DNA of 7,737 bases from Erysipelotrichaceae bacterium (GTDB lineage Bacteria > Bacillota_I > Bacilli_A > Erysipelotrichales > Coprobacillaceae): NCBI GenBank assembly GCA_028698185.1, contig JAQVDW010000049.1, positions 1-7,737 on the forward strand. The letters are read 5' to 3'. A program made the translations under genes and the position numbers. The notes under the pieces were generated by a model that saw nothing but the letters and a program-made list of their open reading frames with translations, made no database searches and was not told the origin of the DNA. Positions 1 to 5,518 of this stretch are shown here, piece by piece. Within the stretch, counting starts at the first letter, position 1. Each line of letters opens with the position of its first letter.

Positions 1-103
1 AATATCAAAACAAAAGGTCAATCTCAAGTAATTTGAAGAAAAATTCATCAAATTATTTGGGGTTGACCTTCATTTATTGTGACTAGAATGCGGTATAATC
101 TGA

Positions 104-367
104 TCAAATAAATCACCTAGTAACAACTACCGGGAGTATATTGTCTGCACTGAGATGGGGATCTTTTATGAGCTGGGTCTCAAGAATCCCAACAAGAAAT
201 TCTATTCGGTGGGACGGCGCCAGTTCTGTCCGAACATGAAAAAAGTCTCTATTGAAGATGTTCTCGATACTATCCAAAATCCCCGCAATGAAATCGAACT
301 GAGCGCCGATATAATCGAAAAGGCCAAAGCTCCTTTGGTGAAGATGCTCGAACTTGCCGCCGATTAG
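104..367 (+). pseudogene. nadA: Quinolinate synthase NadA, C-terminal remnant only (about 85 codons of a normally ~300-370 codon gene)
   Basis: The translation ..NNYREYIVCTEMGIFYELGLKNPNKKFYSVGRRQFCPNMKKVSIEDVLDTIQNPRNEIELSADIIEKAKAPLVKMLELAAD* matches the conserved NadA C-terminus as I recall it (TEMG...NP.KKFY...CPNMK...EKA...L..ML). The same frame upstream is broken by stops at 29-31, 80-82 and 101-103. There is no SD before the internal ATG at 155. It may be a decayed gene running to the window edge rather than a clean truncation. Confidence 0.6.
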
Positions 368-413
368 CATTCTTGGTGAACCGGCCCAAAAAAAAGACTG
401 AAAGGAAAGTCTT

Positions 414-1586
414 ATGGATAAAATTATTTATATGGACAATGCCGCCACGACCATGATGGAAGATCAGGTTTTCCAGGCGATGAAACCCTATTTCCAGGAA
501 GTTTACGCCAATCCCTCTAGTGGCCATGGTTTCGCCGCCCGGCCCAAACAGGCAATCAGACAGGCCCGTCAGGATATCGCCGCTTTTGTCAATGCCCGGC
601 CCAACGAGATTTACTTCACCAGTGGCGGGAGCGAATCGGTCAACTGGGCGATAAAGGGTTTTGTGGGCAGCAATAAAGGCAAAGGTCACCATATAATCAC
701 ATCCAAGATCGAACATCACGCGGTATTGAACACCTGCCATCAGCTCGAAAAGGAAGGGTTTGAGGTGACCTATCTCGATGTCGACGAATATGGATCAATC
801 GGCCTTGATCAGCTAAAAGCCGCCATCAAGGACACGACCATTCTTATCAGCATAATGTTCGCGAACAATGAGATTGGCACAATCGAACCAATCGGGGAAA
901 TCGGAGCCATCGCCAGGGAACACAATGTCGTGTTCCACACCGATGCCATCCAGGCATATGGCCATGTCGCCATAGATGTAAGAGACTTAAACATCGATAT
1001 GCTCAGTGCCAGCGCCCACAAGTGCGGCGGACCCAAAGGGGTCGGGCTGCTCTATGTCAAAAGTGGGATTGAAATAGGATCCCTGATCCATGGCGGCCAT
1101 CAGGAGCAAGGCAAAAGAGCAGGCACGCTAAATGTCCCGGGCATCGTCGGCTTCCATGAGGCAACCAAACTTGCCGGAACTGAAATGACAACCAGAATGG
1201 GAAAAATCAGGGAACTTCGTGATTATCTTATTGCCCAGGTGCTTGACAAAATAGAGCTGGCCTATCTTAACGGTAGCCCGGTTTCACGGCTTCCCAACAA
1301 CGCCCACTTCTGCTTCGATTATGTCGAAGGTGAGTCACTGGTTGTCTTTCTCGACCAGTTAGGCATATGTGCTTCAAGCGGGGCTGCCTGCGAGTCGGAT
1401 TCGATCGATCCTTCTCATGTTGTCCTTGCCATCGGCCGTGATGAGGATCTTGCCTATGGTTCGCTTCGTTTTAGCATAAGCGAGCGCACCACCAAGGATC
1501 AAGTCGATTATGTCGTCGCCCAGCTGACGTCGATTGTCGAAAAACTCAGAAAGATGTCACCCTTGTATCAGGTGACCATATCATGA
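414..1586 (+). CDS. nifS: Cysteine desulfurase, NifS/IscS family (class V PLP aminotransferase)
   Basis: 390-aa ORF with the N-terminal IYMDNAATT motif, the PLP-lysine motif SASAHKCGGPKG, the catalytic-Cys loop SSGAACES, and HTDAIQA. An AGGAAAG SD lies about 5 nt upstream of the ATG. It sits next to a nadA remnant, as nifS is linked to the nad genes in Bacillus. Confidence 0.93.
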   Translation: MDKIIYMDNAATTMMEDQVFQAMKPYFQEVYANPSSGHGFAARPKQAIRQARQDIAAFVNARPNEIYFTSGGSESVNWAIKGFVGSNKGKGHHIITSKIEHHAVLNTCHQLEKEGFEVTYLDVDEYGSIGLDQLKAAIKDTTILISIMFANNEIGTIEPIGEIGAIAREHNVVFHTDAIQAYGHVAIDVRDLNIDMLSASAHKCGGPKGVGLLYVKSGIEIGSLIHGGHQEQGKRAGTLNVPGIVGFHEATKLAGTEMTTRMGKIRELRDYLIAQVLDKIELAYLNGSPVSRLPNNAHFCFDYVEGESLVVFLDQLGICASSGAACESDSIDPSHVVLAIGRDEDLAYGSLRFSISERTTKDQVDYVVAQLTSIVEKLRKMSPLYQVTIS

Positions 1587-1591
1587 TGAAC

Positions 1592-1647
1592 GACCGCCTG
1601 GTATTTGAACGTTGAATGTTCAAATACAGGCGGTCTATTCTGTTTTT
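1592..1647 (+). terminator. Rho-independent terminator of nifS
   Basis: Long stem GACCGCCTG(G)TATTTGAAC (1592-1610) / GTTCAAATACAGGCGGTC (1618-1635) with one bulged G, followed by TATTCTGTTTTT. Confidence 0.8.
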
Positions 1648-1739
1648 CATATATCCATAGTGCATCATAGTTGAAATCAAATCCGATAGGAGTTAAACTA
1701 TATAAGTGAAAACTTATATGGTTATAAAAAGGAGATATT

Positions 1740-1931
1740 ATGAATTCAAAAAAGTTGGTAGTAGTAAAACAACGTTGTCCGCAAAATCATCCATGTCCTG
1801 CAGTCCGGGTATGTCCGGTCGGGGCGTTGAAGCAGACAGGTTTCGCAGCTCCGGTTGTCGATTACGACTTGTGCATCAATTGCGGCAAATGCGCGAGAGC
1901 CTGCCCGATGGGTGCTTTGGTTCTGGAATAA
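1740..1931 (+). CDS. Small 4Fe-4S ferredoxin-domain protein (63 aa, 7 Cys)
   Basis: AAGGAG (1729-1734) lies 5 nt before the ATG. It has a canonical CINCGKCARACP (CxxCxxCxxxCP) motif plus an atypical CPQNHPCPAVRVCP (C-x5-C-x5-CP) motif. Confidence 0.85.
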   Translation: MNSKKLVVVKQRCPQNHPCPAVRVCPVGALKQTGFAAPVVDYDLCINCGKCARACPMGALVLE

Positions 1932-2120
1932 TCGCAGCAGACCAGTACTGTTTTTGGACCGGTTCACCGTTATTGGGGGTGCGGGATTGGATCAAGCCTT
2001 TGGTAAAAGGATAAAGAGATTTAGTAATAAAGCGGTTGTCGTACAATTTGAACATGGATAGAATGTTCAAATTAAACCGAGCTTGCAATTTGTATGAATA
2101 ATCCTGATAATTAGGATTCA

Positions 2121-2147
2121 AATGGCACTTTAGTGCCGTTTTTTTTT
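2121..2147 (+). terminator. Candidate rho-independent terminator downstream of the ferredoxin gene
   Basis: AATGGCAC / GTGCCGTT stem (core GGCAC/GTGCC, loop TTTA) followed by a run of 9 T. The stem is short. It lies about 190 nt after the ferredoxin stop. Confidence 0.6.
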
Positions 2148-2164
2148 ATTTATACACACTTTAC

Positions 2165-2193
2165 TTGTTTTATTTGGCCGTGTTTGATATGAT
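2165..2193 (+). promoter_or_regulatory. Sigma-A type promoter with extended -10
   Basis: TTGTTT (2165-2170), 17-nt spacer, TATGAT (2188-2193), with TG at 2185-2186 (TGnTATGAT). It sits directly after the upstream terminator and about 155 nt before the ATG at 2350. Confidence 0.45.
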
Positions 2194-2349
2194 ATTCACG
2201 ACAAATGACTATCAAGACGTTTCAAATATGAGTGTGTCGCTTCGTGAAAATTCTTTGTGTAAGAATAGGGTTACATGGCATGTACCTGGATGGATCAGGA
2301 AGAAAATTGCCGTTTTCCATTACTGGCTGTAAGACGGATTGGAGAGTGT

Positions 2350-2544
2350 ATGTCCGAACTGCTTATTTTCGCGGATTTCACTGTTTGGTATACACCGATT
2401 ATATTCTTGTCAAGTTTCATAAAAATTATCAAACTAATCTTACAGGATAAGGAATACAAATGGTATTTGCCTTTGCGTTCAACAAATTTCTGGTTGATTG
2501 TCGTACCGGCATTTGTAGCTGTATTTAATTATGGCTGGCATTGA
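2350..2544 (+). CDS. Hypothetical small membrane protein (64 aa, two predicted TM segments); alternative start 2275 (89 aa)
   Basis: GGAGAG (2341-2346) lies just upstream of ATG 2350. The sequence MSELLIFADFTVWYTPIIFLSSFIKIIKLILQDKEYKWYLPLRSTNFWLIVVPAFVAVFNYGWH has two hydrophobic stretches. A paralogous decayed copy at 3083-3337 begins at the equivalent ATG. No family recognised. Confidence 0.45.
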   Translation: MSELLIFADFTVWYTPIIFLSSFIKIIKLILQDKEYKWYLPLRSTNFWLIVVPAFVAVFNYGWH

Positions 2545-2687
2545 TGCTTGCGGTGATATATTTTGGGGGTCTGGATACAGTTGTGATGAATTTTTTAAAT
2601 GATAATCGGGGTTTGTATTTGTCCTGTCTGTTACTTGCTACTTTGCAGGCTATCTTGAGCCGCAAATTGGGGACAAAAGACAGGTAG
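2544..2687 (+). CDS. Hypothetical small membrane ORF (47 aa) overlapping the previous stop (TGATG); possibly the frameshifted C-terminal half of one ancestral ~4-TM protein
   Basis: Not in the supplied ORF track (too short). MLAVIYFGGLDTVVMNFLNDNRGLYLSCLLLATLQAILSRKLGTKDR has two hydrophobic segments and a basic tail. ATG 2544-2546 shares its A with the TGA at 2542-2544. Confidence 0.3.
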   Translation: MLAVIYFGGLDTVVMNFLNDNRGLYLSCLLLATLQAILSRKLGTKDR

Positions 2688-2754
2688 CAAAAGTCCAGGT
2701 AATGCTCTGTCGGTCCCGGTTGTAGTGTTTGGGAAATCAAATTGAGGTGAAAAA

Positions 2755-3006
2755 ATGTTGCTATTTAGAAATAAGAAATTATATTCGACGTATAACGAAA
2801 AGGACTACGCCAATGTGGGTAATGTTTTGTCTCAAAATGGAATTGATTACACCACCAAATTGAAAGATCTGTCCAGTCCCAATTTGTTTGATTCAAATCG
2901 TGCGACAAAAGGAACGCTGGGAACAACTCAAGGGTATATGAAGGAATATGTTATAATTGTAAGAAAAGAAGATTACCTCAAAGCAAAGCAAATATTGGGT
3001 ATTTAG
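2755..3006 (+). CDS. Hypothetical soluble protein, 83 aa
   Basis: Strong SD GAGGTG (2744-2749) 5 nt before the ATG. The composition is hydrophilic. The pattern LYSTY..(helix)..IDYTTKL....EYVIIVRKEDYLKAKQIL loosely resembles small beta-alpha-beta 'DUF2007-like' domains. That resemblance is from memory only. Confidence 0.55.
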   Translation: MLLFRNKKLYSTYNEKDYANVGNVLSQNGIDYTTKLKDLSSPNLFDSNRATKGTLGTTQGYMKEYVIIVRKEDYLKAKQILGI

Positions 3007-3082
3007 CTGGTCATCATTTGTTTATAAAATCTCCATGTATGATTGTCATACGGCTTGGTTCGTGATGGAACGGTATGATTTA

Positions 3083-3337
3083 ATGGACACAGTTTTACGG
3101 TTGCGTTAATTACTATCTGGTTTACTCCGATTATTTTTGTGGCTTCCTTGGTCAAGATACTAAGACTCATATTTGAACAGAAGAATTATCGAGGGTATCA
3201 ATATGTCTGCATCATAAGTTTCTAGCTAATGTCGGTGCCGATATTTTTTGTGGCATATAAAGGATCCGGTTGGCAAGGGACTCACAAAATTGAGATATTC
3301 GTCATCTATTCCAGGTGACTTGATTATGAGTGGATAA
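3083..3337 (+). pseudogene. Decayed paralogue of the 2350-2687 membrane-ORF module (frameshift plus in-frame stop)
   Basis: The conceptual translation MDTVL/VALITIWFTPIIFVASLVKILRLIFEQKNYRGYQYVCIISF*LMSVPIFFVAYKGSGWQ aligns with MSELLIFADFTVWYTPIIFLSSFIKIIKLILQDKEYKWYLPLRSTNFWLIVVPAFVAVFNYGWH. The ATG 3083 frame hits TAA at 3107-3109, which implies a 1-nt shift before the conserved W(F/Y)TPIIF. TAG 3223-3225 replaces the TGG (Trp) codon of copy 1. No SD. Confidence 0.45.
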
Positions 3338-3392
3338 ATTAGACGGATTGTAGCTGACAACTGTGCAACCCGCCAGTTACAAGATTAAACAA

Positions 3393-3434
3393 AAAAGAGT
3401 CAACGAGCGATAATACGCTAAAGTTGACTCTTTT
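3393..3434. terminator. Bidirectional intrinsic terminator (better for the minus-strand lacR transcript)
   Basis: AAAAGAGTCAAC (3393-3404) / GTTGACTCTTTT (3423-3434) form a 12-bp perfect stem with an inner AGCG/CGCT pairing. There is an A-run on the left and a T-run on the right. On the minus strand the stem is followed by TTTTTTGTTT. Confidence 0.75.
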
Positions 3435-3528
3435 AACCGCTCCCTGGGTTCTTTTTGAAATGCTGCAGTACAAAAAACGTGTTGCATCAAAAAGAATCTA
3501 TGGCTTAAAATTTCAAATAATCCGGTTA

Positions 3529-4299
3529 TTATTTCCTGACTGCAGGCGCGACAAATATTTTTACAAATCTGCCAAAGTTCTTTTTTGTTTCATCATCGAT
3601 TTTGGAGTCTGTGATTATACAATCCAAATCAGCCAGTTTATAAAAATCATAGAAATCATATTGGTTAAACTTCTTGTTGTCAACCAGAAGATATTTTTCC
3701 AGAGAATTATCTAGCGCTCGTCTTTGGCATTCGCCTTCGCTTTCATTATAGGTTGCGATTGAACCTTCGAACACGCCATTTGCGCTTATAAAAGCTTTGG
3801 AAAATTTCAGTTGCTGGATGTTGGCGGTTGCAAGGCTGCCTACAAATGCCCCTGTAATATTGCGGTATTCGCCACCAATCAAAATGAGGTCGACATCCTT
3901 GCTTTGAATTAGAATATTGAATACAGGGAGACTATTTGTGATTACCCTGATTTTTTTTGTGAGAAGTTCCTGGGCCAGGTATTCTAACGTTGTCCCCGGT
4001 CCCATGAAGATGGTTTCACCGTCTTTTATGAGTTTGCTTGCAGCTGTCGCAATCTCTTTTTTTTCTTCATTTTGAAGTTCGTGCTTCTCTATATGTGATT
4101 TTTCATGTTTATTGTCCATTATTATTTTCTTGGCACCACCATGAACCCTATTCACTAGACCTTCCTTGTCAAGCTCGTCCAAGTCTCTTCGGGCCGTCAT
4201 GTCGGAAACTCCCAGTTCCTCGATTATTTCATTAACTGTGACAATGCCGGTTGCATTGACTCTTTCAACTATTTTCTGCAATCGTTCTCTTTTTAGCAT
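3529..4299 (-). CDS. lacR: DeoR-family transcriptional repressor, lactose/tagatose-6-phosphate pathway repressor type
   Basis: 256 aa. The N-terminal DeoR HTH (ERLQKIVERVNATGIVTVNEIIEELGVSDMTARRDLDELDKEGLVNRVHGGA) and C-terminal sugar-phosphate-binding domain (GPGTT...ITNS...LIGGE...SANG) are co-linear with staphylococcal LacR as I recall it. GAGGTG SD (complement of 4304-4309). The lacR name is inferred from the neighbouring lacABC genes. Confidence 0.85.
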   Translation of the reverse strand: MLKRERLQKIVERVNATGIVTVNEIIEELGVSDMTARRDLDELDKEGLVNRVHGGAKKIIMDNKHEKSHIEKHELQNEEKKEIATAASKLIKDGETIFMGPGTTLEYLAQELLTKKIRVITNSLPVFNILIQSKDVDLILIGGEYRNITGAFVGSLATANIQQLKFSKAFISANGVFEGSIATYNESEGECQRRALDNSLEKYLLVDNKKFNQYDFYDFYKLADLDCIITDSKIDDETKKNFGRFVKIFVAPAVRK

Positions 4300-4332
4300 A
4301 CCGCACCTCTTCTGACTTCTTCTCTTGGATAC

Positions 4333-4361
4333 ATACTAGCATGAATTTTTGAAAATTTCAA
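4333..4361 (-). promoter_or_regulatory. Candidate lacR promoter
   Basis: Minus strand reads TTGAAA (complement of 4356-4361), 17-nt spacer, TAGTAT (complement of 4333-4338), with TGc immediately upstream of the -10 (extended -10). Confidence 0.45.
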
Positions 4362-4421
4362 CATCCACATAAAAAAACAAACACCAATCACTCAAAAGCA
4401 ACAATTTCGAACATCATGTTG

Positions 4422-4449
4422 TTGACAAACAAAAATTTATGTTTATATT
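4422..4449 (+). promoter_or_regulatory. Candidate glucokinase promoter
   Basis: TTGACA (4422-4427), 16-nt spacer, TATATT (4444-4449). The spacer carries the near-palindrome AAACAAAAATTTATGTTT (4427-4444). Confidence 0.5.
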
Positions 4450-5470
4450 GATAATACAGGCGGACAATCGTGATGAGATCTGCCCGAAAGAAAATAGGAA
4501 CTATATTGGAGGGTGCTATGGCAAAAAAATTATTGGAATTGATTTAGGAGGAACGACAGTAAAACTGGCGGTTTTAACGGTAGAAGGGGCCATTGAAAGG
4601 CAGTGGAGCATAATTACCGACACATCCGAAGGCGGAATCAACATAATTGGCGATATTGTTGCGACGTTGAAGGAACATCTGCATAAATTTCAAATTGACT
4701 TGAAAGATATCGTTGGAATCGGGATGGGAAGTCCTGGCCAGGTTGACTGTAAGGAGGGTACAGTTACGGGTGCCTACAATCTGGGTTGGTGGTGTAAGCA
4801 ACATGTCAGGTCCATCTTTGAAGATGCGTTTGGTCTCCCGTTTTATCTTGACAATGATGCGAATGTTGCAGCAATGGGTGAACGTTGGAAAGGGGCCGGT
4901 GCAGAGGCTGATGATATCATCTTCGTCACTTTGGGAACTGGTGTAGGCGTCGGGATTATAGTAGACGGGAAACTGGTCCATGGGGCAACAGCCTGTGCTG
5001 GAGAAATCGGCCATATTGTCGTGGATCCAGGGGGATTTCAATGCACTTGTGGCAATCGCGGATGTCTTGAAACGGTTGCTAGCGCGACTGGAATAATGAA
5101 TTTGACCAAGGTTGAACTCAGCCGTTCCCAAGCTGAATCGCAACTTAAGATTTTGGCAAATAACGGGAAAATCGATGCAAAGGACGTGTTTGATTTAGCT
5201 AAAAGTGGCGATGTGCTTGCGCAGGCAATTGTTGACCGTTTTGCCTTCTATTTGGGTTTGGCCTGTGGCCAACTGGCAAATACACTTAATCCTAGGTACA
5301 TCATTATTGGCGGTGGGGTATCCAAGGCTGGAGAATTTTTAAAGAACAAGGTTGAAGAACAATTTTCCAACTTCGTTCTCCCAACGGTAAAGGACAGGAC
5401 GGAGCTGCGTCTGGCATCGTTGGGAAATGAAGCAGGAGTTATTGGAGCCGCGGGATTGGTTATCCTATAG
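4439..5470 (+). CDS. glcK: ROK-family glucokinase (maximal ORF given; the functional start is probably the SD-preceded ATG at 4518, which is one base out of frame, see findings)
   Basis: Contains IGIDLGGTTVKLAV (ATP-binding), LDNDANVAAMGE, VTLGTGVGVGII and the ROK zinc motif CTCGNRGCLETVASATG. It is co-linear with Bacillus GlcK. The first 28 residues of the maximal ORF look non-homologous. Confidence 0.9.
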   Translation: MFILIIQADNRDEICPKENRNYIGGCYGKKIIGIDLGGTTVKLAVLTVEGAIERQWSIITDTSEGGINIIGDIVATLKEHLHKFQIDLKDIVGIGMGSPGQVDCKEGTVTGAYNLGWWCKQHVRSIFEDAFGLPFYLDNDANVAAMGERWKGAGAEADDIIFVTLGTGVGVGIIVDGKLVHGATACAGEIGHIVVDPGGFQCTCGNRGCLETVASATGIMNLTKVELSRSQAESQLKILANNGKIDAKDVFDLAKSGDVLAQAIVDRFAFYLGLACGQLANTLNPRYIIIGGGVSKAGEFLKNKVEEQFSNFVLPTVKDRTELRLASLGNEAGVIGAAGLVIL

Positions 5471-5474
5471 GGAA

Positions 5475-5518
5475 CATAAAAAGCACAGGACATAAATGTT
5501 TGTCTTGTGCTTTTTATG
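5475..5518 (+). terminator. Rho-independent terminator of glcK
   Basis: CATAAAAAGCACAGGAC (5475-5491) / GTCTTGTGCTTTTTATG (5502-5518) with one G-U pair. The descending arm carries TTTTT. Confidence 0.85.

Noticed and set aside
63-99. TTGACC (63-68) and TATAAT (94-99) as a promoter driving nifS
   Set aside because: The 25-nt spacing is incompatible with a sigma-A promoter. The alternative TAGAAT (84-89) gives only 15 nt. The hexamers may be chance matches inside decayed nadA sequence.
270-740. 156-aa minus-strand ORF (also 113..370 minus and 809..1036 minus)
   Set aside because: These lie antisense to the clearly homologous nadA remnant and nifS. They have no SD and no recognisable motifs. 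Long antisense ORFs are expected opposite GC-richer genes.
1706-2121. Overlapping ORFs 1706..2014, 1746..1967(-), 1855..2061 and 1876..2121(-) around the ferredoxin gene
   Set aside because: The 63-aa ferredoxin frame has the SD and the Cys motifs, so it is the real gene. The 1855..2061 frame contains a tempting TVIGGAGLD string, but it has no start or SD after the ferredoxin stop and I could assign no family. At most it is an unverifiable gene remnant.
2194-2349. Possible riboswitch or leader RNA in the ~155-nt leader before the membrane ORF
   Set aside because: Several small hairpins can be drawn (TTCACGA 2195-2201 / TCGTGAA 2242-2248; ATTCTT 2250-2255 / AAGAAT 2261-2266; GGTTACAT/ATGTACC about 2268-2287). 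I recognise no conserved riboswitch core (TPP, SAM, FMN, c-di-GMP, fluoride, guanidine, Mn and others), and there is no terminator/antiterminator pair.
2525-2740. 71-aa minus-strand ORF in the AT-rich block
   Set aside because: It has no SD and overlaps the better-supported plus-strand ORF B. Its sequence has no TM or domain character.
2332-3350. Shared 10-mer AGACGGATTG (2332-2341 and 3341-3350), as a hint of a third module copy
   Set aside because: Exact 10-mer repeats are expected by chance in a 7.7-kb window, and the flanking sequence does not align convincingly.
3424-3714. 96-aa plus-strand ORF
   Set aside because: It starts inside the bidirectional terminator and runs antisense through the lacR 3' end. 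It has no SD and its translation looks like AT-rich read-through.
4439-4517. ATG 4439 as the true glucokinase start
   Set aside because: It lies between the -35 and -10 of the best promoter, lacks an SD, and its 28-aa extension has no ROK homology. It is kept only as the maximal ORF boundary.
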